The translations under genes and the position numbers were made by a program. A stretch of DNA of 64,000 nucleotides from the NCBI GenBank assembly GCA_963716725.1, contig CAVQUB010000011.1:224001-288000 (forward strand), written 5' to 3'. The notes under the pieces were generated by a model, which was not told the DNA's origin, ran no database searches, and saw only the letters and a list, made by a program, of their open reading frames with translations. This DNA comes from an uncultured delta proteobacterium (GTDB lineage Bacteria; Myxococcota_A; Polyangia; Polyangiales; Polyangiaceae). Each line of letters begins with the position of its first letter. Position 1 is the stretch's first letter. This document shows positions 40,820 to 50,577 of this stretch, in pieces.

Positions 40820-42076
40820 TCACTTGACCGACTGCGCGAGCTTCGCGAGGGCCGCGTTGAGCGCGGCCTGCGAGTCCACGTTGGTGTCGTTCCAGCTCGC
40901 GACCAAGTCCAGGCTCTTGATGAAGACCGCCACGCGCTTGCCCCAGTGACCCGACGCCAGCACGGTGTCCTTCGGCGCGTCCTTCCAGTTCAGCTGACCG
41001 CTCTTGTCGGCGCCGTTGGTCCACCACAAGAAGCTGTAGCTGCCAAAGTGATCGCTTTGATCATCAGGGATTTGCGTGGATCCGATGCTGCGTTGCCCGG
41101 GCAACATGTTCGCCTTCACGGCTTTCGTGCGGGGGATCGAGTTGGGCAGCGGGCTCTCGGTGATGGTCTTCGCGACGGCAGCGGGCAACAGCGCGTTGCC
41201 GTTCCAAGTGCCGTCGTTGCGGAACAGCCAGGCGAAGCGCGCGAAATCCCGCGGCGAGATCGCCACCCGACCGGCGCGGTCTCCGGCCCCGAAGGCGAGA
41301 AAGGTCGGCTGATCCTCGCAACCGATGGCGTCGCACAAGCCCACTTTCATCGTGTCGGCATCCACCGTCCCCAGGGTCGACCCGTAGACCTTCAGGAACA
41401 GTGAGTCCCAGAACAAGGCCATCTGGAAATCGTTGTAGTCGAAGGCAGATCCAGGGGCCTCCGACACGCCATAGCAAGAGGTCTGCGTCGCCAGGTGGCG
41501 CCAAGCGATCTTGGCGTCTTTGTTGCCAAGGCTCGGGTTGAGGGTGGCGAGGCCCGGCACGACGCTGACGACCAAGTCGTCGATGCTGCCGAGCTTCTTC
41601 TGCTGCACGGCGCGGAACAAGAAGTACGAGTAGAGCGGCTTGGCAGCGGAAGCGACGTCGCCGCGCTTGGCGATATCGCCCCAGCTGTACGCCAAATGCC
41701 CGCCGCGCACGATCACGCCGCGGCCTCCGATGCTCTTCGAGAGCGCGTCGAGCGCCGTCGCGTCGAGTCCTACGTCGGCCGGAGTCTTCTTGGTCCAGCT
41801 CGCGCCCGGGAAGACCGCTCCGGCAGCGGCGCTGCCGCCCGCGCCGCCGACTTGTCCGCCCGCGCCGCCGACTTGTCCGCCCGCGCCGCCGACTTGTCCG
41901 CCCGCGCCGCCGACTTGTCCGCCCGCGCCCGAGCCGGCTTGTCCACCGGCTCCGCCCATCGCCGCGCTGCCACCGCTACCTGCAGAGCCGCCGGTAGCGC
42001 TGCTGCCAGCGGGATCGTCTTCACCGCCGCACGAAGTGACCCAGAGCGCCAGCACGACGACGACGGTTCCGCGCAT
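40820..42076 (-). CDS. Serine hydrolase, beta-lactamase/class C-like lipoprotein
   Basis: SxxK (SAAK), FDYND, ISPRDFARF, ASGHWG; 21-bp tandem repeats encode (GGQVGGA)n. Confidence 0.85.
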   Translation of the reverse strand: MRGTVVVVLALWVTSCGGEDDPAGSSATGGSAGSGGSAAMGGAGGQAGSGAGGQVGGAGGQVGGAGGQVGGAGGQVGGAGGSAAAGAVFPGASWTKKTPADVGLDATALDALSKSIGGRGVIVRGGHLAYSWGDIAKRGDVASAAKPLYSYFLFRAVQQKKLGSIDDLVVSVVPGLATLNPSLGNKDAKIAWRHLATQTSCYGVSEAPGSAFDYNDFQMALFWDSLFLKVYGSTLGTVDADTMKVGLCDAIGCEDQPTFLAFGAGDRAGRVAISPRDFARFAWLFRNDGTWNGNALLPAAVAKTITESPLPNSIPRTKAVKANMLPGQRSIGSTQIPDDQSDHFGSYSFLWWTNGADKSGQLNWKDAPKDTVLASGHWGKRVAVFIKSLDLVASWNDTNVDSQAALNAALAKLAQSVK

Positions 42077-42151
42077 GGCGAACACTATTCACCGGCAGGC
42101 GCCGGGGCGCGACGGCTTTACTCCAGCGAGCGCCTGCGAAACCATGACTCA

Positions 42152-43579
42152 ATGACGTTTCGGCGAGCGGCTGGGGTGATGATCGCGTGCGGCCTGCTGT
42201 GTTTTGCCTGTGGGGGCGAGGACGAAAGCCGGGGCAACGGTGGCGCGGGAGGCAGCGGCGGAAGCGGCGGAAGCGTCACCGGAGGAAGTGCCGGAGTTGG
42301 AAGCGGCGGGCAGAGCGGCGGAAACGGAGGCGGCGCAGGAGCGGGCGGCAGCGCCGGCAGCAGTGCTACCGGGGGCAGCGGCGGAAGCGGCGGAAGCGGT
42401 GGAAGCGGTGGCGGCACAGCTGGCAAGGGCAGCCTGATCGTGAGCCCGAAGTCTGCGGCGTGGTTTGCGCACTCGGGCGGCGCGCGGCACTTCTTGTGCG
42501 CTGCAGGAGATCCCGAAGGCTTCTTGTACCGCGGCACGCGCCAGCCCGACGGATCACGCGACGGCGATCAATCGGCGTTGATCCAGAAGCTGGCCCCCAC
42601 CGGAGCCAACGGCATCTACCTCATGGCCGTGCGCTCCCATGGCGGCGATGGTGGTCCGAGCGAAAACCCTTTCGTCGACTCCGATCCGGCCAAGGGACTC
42701 GACAACGACATCCTCGACCAATGGGAAACCTGGTTTTCGGCCATGGATGCCGCCGGCATCGTCATCTACTTCTTCTTCTACGACGACTCGGCCAGCATCT
42801 GGGGCGGCAATCAGGTCCAAGGGCCCGAAAAGGCCTTCGTCGAAGCGCTGGTCAACCGCTACGAGCACCACGACCACCTGGTCTGGGTGGTGGCCGAGGA
42901 GTACAGCGAGAAGCTCTCGAAGGCGCGCGTCAGCTCCTTGGCGGCAACGATCCGCGCAGCCGATGCCAAGCAGCACCCGATCGGTGTGCACCAGCTCAAC
43001 GGGCTCGTCTTCGACTTCTCCGGCGACCCCAACGTCGATCAGTTCACGATCCAGCACAACGTGGGGACCGCAGGCGCGTTGCACTCGGGCATGGTGCAGA
43101 CCTTCCAAGCCGCGGCCGGCAAATACAACCTGAACATGAGCGAAGCGGCGGGCTACGGCGCCGGCACCACTGCCCGACGCAAGAGTTGGGCAACGGCCCT
43201 CGGCGGCGCCTACGTGATGATTCTGGGAATGGACATCGCCAGCACCGCCGTCAGCGATCTCCAAGACTGCGGACGCCTGCGCGGCTTCATGGAGAAGACC
43301 CGCTTCGACGAGATGTCGCCTCACGACGAGCTGGCGCATGCCGGCAGCCAATACGTGCTCGCGAAGCCGGGCGAGGCGTACATCGCCTACAGCGCAAGCG
43401 CCGGTGGCGCCCTCGGATTGAAGGCGTTGCCCGCAGGCAAGTACGATCTGACTTGGCTGGACGCGGCGACGGGCACCGAGGTCGTCGAGAGCGGCAAGAC
43501 GTTGCCCGGAGGCGACTCCGCCTTGCCGAAACCGAGCGGCATCGGCGCTGAAGCTGTCATGTACGTCGAGAAGAAGTGA
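42152..43579 (+). CDS. Lipoprotein, GH-A-like TIM barrel (DUF4038-like) plus C-terminal beta domain
   Basis: Lipobox CFAC; VWVVAEEY; NMSE; YVLAKPGEAYIAY...YDLTWLD. Confidence 0.65.
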   Translation: MTFRRAAGVMIACGLLCFACGGEDESRGNGGAGGSGGSGGSVTGGSAGVGSGGQSGGNGGGAGAGGSAGSSATGGSGGSGGSGGSGGGTAGKGSLIVSPKSAAWFAHSGGARHFLCAAGDPEGFLYRGTRQPDGSRDGDQSALIQKLAPTGANGIYLMAVRSHGGDGGPSENPFVDSDPAKGLDNDILDQWETWFSAMDAAGIVIYFFFYDDSASIWGGNQVQGPEKAFVEALVNRYEHHDHLVWVVAEEYSEKLSKARVSSLAATIRAADAKQHPIGVHQLNGLVFDFSGDPNVDQFTIQHNVGTAGALHSGMVQTFQAAAGKYNLNMSEAAGYGAGTTARRKSWATALGGAYVMILGMDIASTAVSDLQDCGRLRGFMEKTRFDEMSPHDELAHAGSQYVLAKPGEAYIAYSASAGGALGLKALPAGKYDLTWLDAATGTEVVESGKTLPGGDSALPKPSGIGAEAVMYVEKK

Positions 43580-43688
43580 TCCATCGGCTCTGTGCCACCA
43601 AGACAGCGCCGGGCGCACCCAGACAGGATCCCGGCCACGCCCAGATCGTGCCCGCGATGGGCTGCCGCGAGCTATAGTGACCGTCGGC

Positions 43689-44579
43689 ATGAACAGACAA
43701 TTGGCCGTGGCCGTGGCGCTGTTCGCCCTGGGTTGCGGAGAAGATCCGGAAGACGTCGAGCTGCTCCCACCCAAGCCGCTCAACGTGATGACCTTCAACG
43801 TGCTCTGCTCGGTGTGCAACCCGAGCGAGTACGATCCCTGGGACGAACGCCTCAGCTACTTCGCGGACATCTTCCAGCGACACGATCCCGATCTGATCGG
43901 CGTCCAAGAGCTGACTCCGCTAGCCGGCGAGGTCGACTCGCTGCTCGCCGCGGCCCCGGGGCATGGCGCGCTGTTCTTCCAGCAAGAAGAGTGGCCGCCC
44001 TATCCGGACGCCACGATCTTCTATCGGAAGTCGCGCTTCCGTGTGCTCGAGCAGGGCGAGTACTGGCTGAGCCCAACGCCCGACGTGCCACGTTCGACCG
44101 GCTTCGCCCAGCCGCAGCTGCCCCGCCTGGTGGTCTGGGCGCGCCTGCTCGACAAGGCGGGAGATCGCGAGATGTTCTTCGCCAGCACGCACTTCGACAA
44201 CAACGCACCCAGCCAAGCGCTGAGCGCACCGCTGGTGCTGGAGCGAACCGCGCCCTTCGCGGCGGCGCTGCCAGTGGTGTTCGTCGGCGACTTCAACTCA
44301 CGACCCAACTCCGAGGCTTACAAGACCCTCTCCACGGACGCCTCCCACGGCTTCGTCTTCCAGAACGCCTACGATCTGGCGCCAAACCCCGGTGTTATCG
44401 AAAACCAAGACCCCGATCCCGTCTACGATCCGGCGGATCGCATCGACCACGTGCTTGTCGCCGGCGCCGGCGTGAGCTGGAGCGCAACGAGCTGGGCCGC
44501 AGATCTCAAGGTCTACGGCAGCAAGAACCGCTATCCGTCGGATCACTTCGCGATCGCGACCACGCTGGACCGACCCTGA
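43689..44579 (+). CDS. Endonuclease/exonuclease/phosphatase family lipoprotein
   Basis: VMTFNV, IGVQE, STHFD, GDFNS, RIDHV, PSDH. Confidence 0.92.
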   Translation: MNRQLAVAVALFALGCGEDPEDVELLPPKPLNVMTFNVLCSVCNPSEYDPWDERLSYFADIFQRHDPDLIGVQELTPLAGEVDSLLAAAPGHGALFFQQEEWPPYPDATIFYRKSRFRVLEQGEYWLSPTPDVPRSTGFAQPQLPRLVVWARLLDKAGDREMFFASTHFDNNAPSQALSAPLVLERTAPFAAALPVVFVGDFNSRPNSEAYKTLSTDASHGFVFQNAYDLAPNPGVIENQDPDPVYDPADRIDHVLVAGAGVSWSATSWAADLKVYGSKNRYPSDHFAIATTLDRP

Positions 44580-44598
44580 CCGCGGGGCCCTGGCGCGA

Positions 44599-45633
44599 TC
44601 ACTCTTCCGCCTTCTTCCACTCGGCTTGGTAGCTCATGCCGAGGGTCAGCAGTCGCTGCAACAGGTGCGAATAGCGGATCCCCGCGAACTCGGCGCTCTC
44701 GGCAAAGTCCTCACCGTACTTCACCTCGGGGTTCGGGTTGGCCTCCAAGACGAAGACGCGCCCGTCCTCGCGCAGCCGCAGGTCCATGCGCGCGTAGCCG
44801 CTGAGCCCGAGCGCGCGGTAGACGCGCTTGGCGATGTGCGCGATCTCTTTCTCCTGAGCCTCGCCCAGGTCCTTCGCGCGACGGGTCCGGATCTTGTACT
44901 TCTGCTGGTAGTCGATGTCCCACTTCAGCTTGGCGGTGGCAATGTGGTGGGTGCCCTCGGGGAGTTTGTCGAAGGGCAGCTCCCAGACCGGAAGCGTCTG
45001 AAGCCGTTGGTTGCCGAGCACGCCGACGTAGAGTTCACGACCCTCGATGAACTCCTCGGCGATGGCGTCCACGCCGAAGGTCTCGTGCATGAAGGTCACA
45101 CGCTCCACGAGCTTTTCGTCGGTGGTCACCACCGAGGCCTGAGAAATGCCCAGGCTCGCCTCCTCATTCACGCTCTTGACGAGCAGCGGGTAGGCCAGGC
45201 GTCGGGGCTTGCGCGGGCGGCGACCCCGGGGAAATACGTGGAACTTCGGCGCCCGGATCCGGTGCGCCGCCATGATCTGCTTCGACAGCGCTTTGTCGCG
45301 CGCCAGCATCATGCCGCGCGGGTTGCAGCCGGTGTAGGGCCTGCGCAACAGCTCCAGGTAGCTGACGACGTGCATGTCGTAGACAGCGACTCCGTGAAAG
45401 TGCACGAGCAGGTTGAAGGTGACGTGCGGGTCGTGCTGGGTGATGGCCGCGCGGATCACGCCGAGATCACTGCCCACCCCCAAGGTGATCACCTCGTGAC
45501 CGAGCTCTTCGAGCCCGGCCAAGACGTCGTACTCGGTGGCCCACTTTGCGATCTCCTTGTCGGAGTAGCCCTCCACGGTCTCGGGCGGCACGAGATCGTC
45601 GTGCATCAAAACGAGGACGCGGAGCTTCTTCAT
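44599..45633 (-). CDS. ATP-grasp ligase, D-Ala-D-Ala ligase-like
   Basis: PYTG, DKALSK, VKSVNEEASLGI, EEFIEGRE, YARMD, LEANPNP. Confidence 0.88.
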   Translation of the reverse strand: MKKLRVLVLMHDDLVPPETVEGYSDKEIAKWATEYDVLAGLEELGHEVITLGVGSDLGVIRAAITQHDPHVTFNLLVHFHGVAVYDMHVVSYLELLRRPYTGCNPRGMMLARDKALSKQIMAAHRIRAPKFHVFPRGRRPRKPRRLAYPLLVKSVNEEASLGISQASVVTTDEKLVERVTFMHETFGVDAIAEEFIEGRELYVGVLGNQRLQTLPVWELPFDKLPEGTHHIATAKLKWDIDYQQKYKIRTRRAKDLGEAQEKEIAHIAKRVYRALGLSGYARMDLRLREDGRVFVLEANPNPEVKYGEDFAESAEFAGIRYSHLLQRLLTLGMSYQAEWKKAEE

Positions 45634-46706
45634 CGCACGAGCCGGTGGTGACCCTCGTGCAGATAGTTCATCGTCTGCACGGTCAACAAGACTAGTGCAT
45701 CTTGCTTGGCAATGTCTTCCGTTCGATCCGTGCGCATGTCCAACTCCTCGCAGCGGAAGATCATTTCTTCGAGCACTTGATCGATCGTGTACTGGTACTC
45801 GCCGGTCCAGCGGGCGACCATGCGACGGATCTCCGGCCGCACCTTGCGCAAGAAGGCCGCGGCGCTCTTTCCCCGCACTCCTTCCGGCAGAGGCGGAAAC
45901 AGTCGCCTCAGGTCGGCATCGTAAAAGTTTGGGTGATCGAGCCCGTAGCGCTTCTTCTTCGCGGCGTAGTGCTCTCCGAGGGTGATTTTGAGCCCGCTGA
46001 GCACCTCGATGCGCGCTCGGGAGCGCAGCACCGGCTTGGCGTCGGCGACGTCTCGCATCAGCTCATCGACGAGCTCGAGCTTCTTCAAAGCGGGCCAACC
46101 GAGGTAGCGCTTGCGCCAGCGCGAGTTGGGGTCGAGCCACACCGCGAAGCTCTCGGCCCAGTCCTCTGCCGGGTGGCTCTGGGCGTACCACATGTCCAAG
46201 TGCTGGACGTAGCTGCGGCTGTAGGGCTTCGGCTTGTAGAATCTGGAGTACGGCGCCGCGAAGCTCCCGAAGGTGTCACGCCAACCTTTTCGGTAGTGCA
46301 AGCGGTACGCTGTGTCGATGGCGTGGGCGGCCTCGTGCCGAAGGAGCCGCATGCACCAGCGCGGCGTGCCGCCCTCCACGTCGAGGATCTGCCGCTGCTC
46401 GAGCTCCATCAGGCGCGGGTGCGCCAGATAGAAAGGGATGGCGATGCCCGGGACGCCATCTGGCGAAAACCACTCGGTCGACAGCCAGACGTGCGGTCGA
46501 AACCCGAGGCCCCGAGCTTCGAGATCGGCGTACAGGCGCTCGACGCGTTCCTCGATCACGGTCCCCTCGATCTCGATGGGCAAATCGCAGAGGCGCATCT
46601 CGAGCAATTTGTCGTCGGCAAGGTCCTTCCAGCGTGACGCTCGGCGTGCCGGTCCCTTGCGACCCGGCGCGGGCGCCGATCGCGAGTTCGTGCGAGGCGA
46701 AGGCAT
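45630..46706 (-). CDS. Putative zinc-binding metallopeptidase (Peptidase_Mx-like)
   Basis: LRHEAAH (HExxH), YAQSHPAEDWAESFAVWL; 4-nt overlap with the ligase gene. Confidence 0.85.
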   Translation of the reverse strand: MPSPRTNSRSAPAPGRKGPARRASRWKDLADDKLLEMRLCDLPIEIEGTVIEERVERLYADLEARGLGFRPHVWLSTEWFSPDGVPGIAIPFYLAHPRLMELEQRQILDVEGGTPRWCMRLLRHEAAHAIDTAYRLHYRKGWRDTFGSFAAPYSRFYKPKPYSRSYVQHLDMWYAQSHPAEDWAESFAVWLDPNSRWRKRYLGWPALKKLELVDELMRDVADAKPVLRSRARIEVLSGLKITLGEHYAAKKKRYGLDHPNFYDADLRRLFPPLPEGVRGKSAAAFLRKVRPEIRRMVARWTGEYQYTIDQVLEEMIFRCEELDMRTDRTEDIAKQDALVLLTVQTMNYLHEGHHRLVR

Positions 46707-46858
46707 CTGGCCACGCTACCACGGCGCTCGGACGCTCCGAGGGCGCGCCAGGCCGACGCGCGGGCTCGGTCGCCGCGCCGGCGTGGCGTGGCTTGGCGGT
46801 GCTGCCTGGACTCGCCGAAAGCTCCGCGCCATAAGCCGGGCAGACCACTGGGGGCCCA

Positions 46859-48440
46859 ATGTTTTCCGAAAAGAACCCTGCCGATCTCTCCCCGCTCTCG
46901 AGGGTCGAAGCGACCAACCTCGAAGAGCTGTCCCGCATCGTCGCTGCTGCCCGGGAGGCGCAGACCGAGTGGGCCGAGCGCTCGGTGGACTCCCGAGCTC
47001 GGGCGTTGCTCTCGCTCGCGCGGACCCTCCTGGAGCGACGGGCGGAGGTCTTGCCGATCTTGTCCGAGGAGACCGGGCGCAGCGAGACCGAGTGCCTGAT
47101 GAGCGAGCTCGCGGGCGCCGTCGAGTTCTTCAAGCAAGCAATTCGCGCGGGCAAGAAGGCCCTCACCCCCGAGAAGATCAAGAATCTCCGCCCTGGACTA
47201 TCCGGGCAAGAAGGCCGTCGTCGAGCTGCTGCCGCGAGGAGTCGTCGGCATCATCGCTCCTTGGAACTACCCCCTCGGCAACTTCATGAAGGCGCTGGTC
47301 CCCGCGCTCTTGAGCGGCAACGCCGTCGTGCTCAAGCCCAGCGAGCAGACGCCGCGCACCGGGGCCTGGCTCGCCAAGGTCGCCGGCGACGTGTTGCCCA
47401 AGAACTTGGTCGGCCTGGTGCAGGGCGCCGGGGACGTCGGCCAGGCGCTGCTCGATGCTCCCATCGACGCCATCGTCTTCACCGGCTCGGTCACGACCGG
47501 CAAGCGCGTCGCGGTGCGCGCCGCTGAGAGACTGATGCCGTACTCGGTGGAGCTGGGAGGCAAGGACGCCGCCATCGTGCTGGCGGACTGCGATCTGGAT
47601 CGCACCGTCGCGGGCATCGCCCAGTGGGGAATGCACAACTCGGGGCAGAACTGCTCGGGTATCGAGCGGGTCTACGTCGAAGCGTCCATCGCCGATGCCT
47701 TCATCGAGAAGCTGGGACGCTTCGTGGCCTCGCTGCGCGTCTCGCCGCAGACCGCGGCGAGCGATCTCGGACCGCTGCAGAACGAGCCGCAACTGCGCAT
47801 CGTCGAGCGCCACGTGAGCGACGCGAAGGAGCGCGGCGCTAGGGTGGTGTGCGGCGGCGAACCGACGGGCAAGGGCTTCGGGTATCGCCCCACCGTGCTC
47901 GACCGCTGCACGCACGAGATGACGGTGATGCGCGAGGAGACCTTCGGTCCGGTGCTGGCCGTGATGCGCGTCGAGGACGCCGAAGAAGCGTTGAAGCTCG
48001 CCAACGACTCGAGCTACGGCCTCAACGGCTCGGTCTGGACGCGGGACATCGCGCGCGGAGCCGCCCTCGCGCGGCGCCTCTCGGTCGGCGTGGCCCTGGT
48101 GAACAACCACTCGATCACCGGCATCCTGCCCGAGACCCCGTGGACGGGAGTCAAGGACACCGGACCTGGCATTGCGTCGAGCCGTCACGCCTACCTGACC
48201 TTCACGCGCCCACGCACGGTGTTCGTGGACACATCGAGCAAGCCGGACCCATGGTGGATGCCCGCGGACGACAACCTGCGCGCGTTCGGCGAAGCGCTGA
48301 TCGAGCGCCAGCTGCACGGCGGATTCGGGGTCCTCCTGCGACTCGGCGGCCTGGTCGGCAAGCGCGTGAAGGCCATACAGGCGGCCGTGAACGCACCGGC
48401 GCCGAAGGCGCTGCCGGCTCCGAAAGATAGGGTGGACTGA
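46859..48440 (+). CDS. Aldehyde dehydrogenase, frameshifted at ~47183
   Basis: PWNYP, KPSE, FTGS, ELGGKD, GQNC, EETFGP; deleting one A in AAGAATC restores KIKISALDYPGKK. Confidence 0.88.
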
Positions 48441-48534
48441 AGCGGGTTTGTCCCGATCCGAAACCATCCGCGCGCCTGGACGTAGCTATCTGGGCGACTA
48501 TTGGTCCAGAATCGTACATAGGAGGTCCCCGGAC

Positions 48535-48897
48535 ATGCCCCACAAGCTCAGCTTCGCCACCATTGCAGCCACTCTCGCCGCTCTCAGCACCGCGGCCTGC
48601 GGTGGCACGAACGCACCCGCGGAAGCACCCGTCGCTGGGCGAGAAATCCCGGCGGCGTCCGAGTCGGCGCCCGAAGCAGCCGCAGCTGAAGACCAAGCCA
48701 CCCCCACCCCGGCCACGGACGCGACCGCGGACCCACCCGCGGCGGGAACTGCGGACGCCAATCCCACGGATCCTGCGGGCGCCGCGACGGTCGCCCCTCC
48801 CCCCGCTCCGGTGGTGAAGAAGGTCACCCCCAAGAAGGTCACCCCAAAGAAGGCTGCCGGAGCCAAAGCCGCCTGCGGCGCTGGGACCTGCGGCTGA
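48535..48897 (+). CDS. Putative MNIO-modified RiPP precursor, lipoprotein with C-terminal CGAGTCG
   Basis: AGGAGG RBS; signal ending TAAC22; Pro/Ala stalk; KKVTP x2; 11 nt upstream of the DUF692 gene. Confidence 0.8.
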   Translation: MPHKLSFATIAATLAALSTAACGGTNAPAEAPVAGREIPAASESAPEAAAAEDQATPTPATDATADPPAAGTADANPTDPAGAATVAPPPAPVVKKVTPKKVTPKKAAGAKAACGAGTCG

Positions 48898-48908
48898 ACC
48901 GGGGCCGC

Positions 48909-49778
48909 ATGTCGCGCGAGGGGCGTGAACTGGACGGAGTAGGGCTCGGCCTGCGCTGGGAATTCCTCGAGGCGGTGCTCGACGGACCAGAATTGGACGT
49001 CGCATTCTGGGAGGTCTGTCCCGAGAACTACATGCACCGCGGCGGCTACTACCCGGACGCGCTCGCTCGCATCGCCGAGCGCACGCCGGTGGTGACCCAC
49101 GGCCTGTCGCTCTCCGTCGGCGCGAGCGATCCCGCGCCGATGGACTACCTGACCGAACTCCGAACGGAAACCCAGCGCCTCGGCACGCCGTGGCACAGCG
49201 ATCACCTATGCCTCTCGAGCGCAGGCCCGCTCATGTTGCACGAGCTCATCCCGCTGAAGCAGAGCAGCGCGAACGCGATTCGCGCCGCCGAGCGGGTTCG
49301 CCGCGCGCGCGACGTGCTGGGACTCCCGATGTTGGTGGAGAATATCACCTGGTACGCGCACCCAGGCCGGCGCGAGATCCCCGAGGCCGATTTCATCACT
49401 GAGGTCGTCGAGCGCGCCGACGCGAGCCTGCTCCTGGACGTCAACAACGTGTGGGTCAACTCCCAGAACCACGGCTTCGATCCGCGAGCTTTCATCGCGG
49501 CGCTGCCCCTCGGTCGCGTGCGACAGATCCACGTCGCCGGCCATACCAAGACCGACTCCGGCTTGATCCTGGACACCCACGGAGCGCCCGTGGTCGACCC
49601 GGTGGTCGATTTGCTCGAGTGGACGCTGGAGCGGACCGGTCCAATGCCCGTCCTGCTCGAACGTGATCATCAGGTTCCCGAGCTGTCTGAGCTGCTCGCG
49701 GAAGTGCGCCGGCTCACCGAGGCTTACAACCGCGCGCTTGCGCGCCGCAAGGAGGCACCGCTTGCCCGAAGCGCTTGA
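48909..49778 (+). CDS. DUF692 multinuclear non-heme iron oxidase (MNIO)
   Basis: GVGLGLR, EVCPENY, THGLSLS, SDHL, VENI, LDVNN, HVAGH, DTH, LERD. Confidence 0.95.
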   Translation: MSREGRELDGVGLGLRWEFLEAVLDGPELDVAFWEVCPENYMHRGGYYPDALARIAERTPVVTHGLSLSVGASDPAPMDYLTELRTETQRLGTPWHSDHLCLSSAGPLMLHELIPLKQSSANAIRAAERVRRARDVLGLPMLVENITWYAHPGRREIPEADFITEVVERADASLLLDVNNVWVNSQNHGFDPRAFIAALPLGRVRQIHVAGHTKTDSGLILDTHGAPVVDPVVDLLEWTLERTGPMPVLLERDHQVPELSELLAEVRRLTEAYNRALARRKEAPLARSA

Positions 49779-50568
49779 GGTCGCCATGGCCAAGCTGGCG
49801 TTCGGCCCGGAGATCGCCGCGGACGACCCGGAAGCCGTGCGCGCCTGGCTCACCGAGAGTCAGGTGAGCGATGACGACGCACGAGCCATGCTGGAAGAGG
49901 GCGTCGAGCGGCTGTTCGTCTATCGCGGGTTGATCCGCTCGACGCTCCGCGAAGCCCTCCGGAGCGCCATCCCACGGACGATGGAGCGCTTGGGCGAGGT
50001 CTTCGACGAGTGCTTCGCTCGCTACCTGCGCGAGGCCGGTCCGCGCTCGCGCTACCTGCGCGACGTCACCACCGAGTTCCTGGACTTCTGCGCTCCGCTG
50101 TGGGCAATCGATCCCCGCGTGCCGGCCTGGGCCATGGACCTCGCGCGGCACGAGGCAGTGCAGATCGTGGTGGCCTCCGAGCGCGCGCGTCTGCCCACGC
50201 GCGAACCGGGCGAGCTCGCGCTCGCCTCCGCCGTCCGCTTCATCGAGGCGACTCGCCTCATGCGCTATGACTACGCGGTGCACCGCCTGAGCGACGCGCT
50301 CGCCGACCGAACTCCGCCCGCAGCAGAGGCGACGGCCCTCTTCGTGTACCGCAGCCCCGAGCACGAGGTGCGCTACCTCGAATTGAGCCCGCTGGCTGCG
50401 GCCATCCTCGAGCGGCTGATCGCAGAAACGCCGCTCGAGAGCGCCATTGTCGGCGCCTGCGACCAACTGGGCGTGGTCCTCGACGACGAGGGCGTGCGAG
50501 GCACGGCGGCCTTGCTCGCCGATCTCGCCGAGCGCGGCGCGCTGCTCGGCGCTCTCGAACCCAGCTAA
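49762..50568 (+). CDS. DUF2063-type MNIO partner (HvfC/BufC-like) with RRE-like C-terminus
   Basis: RLFVYR, PRT..RLG, DLARHE, YAVHR, LFVYR...VRYLELSP; GGAGG plus TTG start overlapping the MNIO gene. Confidence 0.88.
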   Translation: MPEALEVAMAKLAFGPEIAADDPEAVRAWLTESQVSDDDARAMLEEGVERLFVYRGLIRSTLREALRSAIPRTMERLGEVFDECFARYLREAGPRSRYLRDVTTEFLDFCAPLWAIDPRVPAWAMDLARHEAVQIVVASERARLPTREPGELALASAVRFIEATRLMRYDYAVHRLSDALADRTPPAAEATALFVYRSPEHEVRYLELSPLAAAILERLIAETPLESAIVGACDQLGVVLDDEGVRGTAALLADLAERGALLGALEPS

Positions 50569-50577
50569 GGTGACGAC

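Noticed and set aside
48895..48942. Selenocysteine read-through of the TGA after CGAGTCG in the MNIO precursor
   Set aside because: The read-through peptide (UTGAACRARGVNWTE) overlaps the MNIO start and I see no convincing SECIS hairpin. An ordinary stop is simpler.
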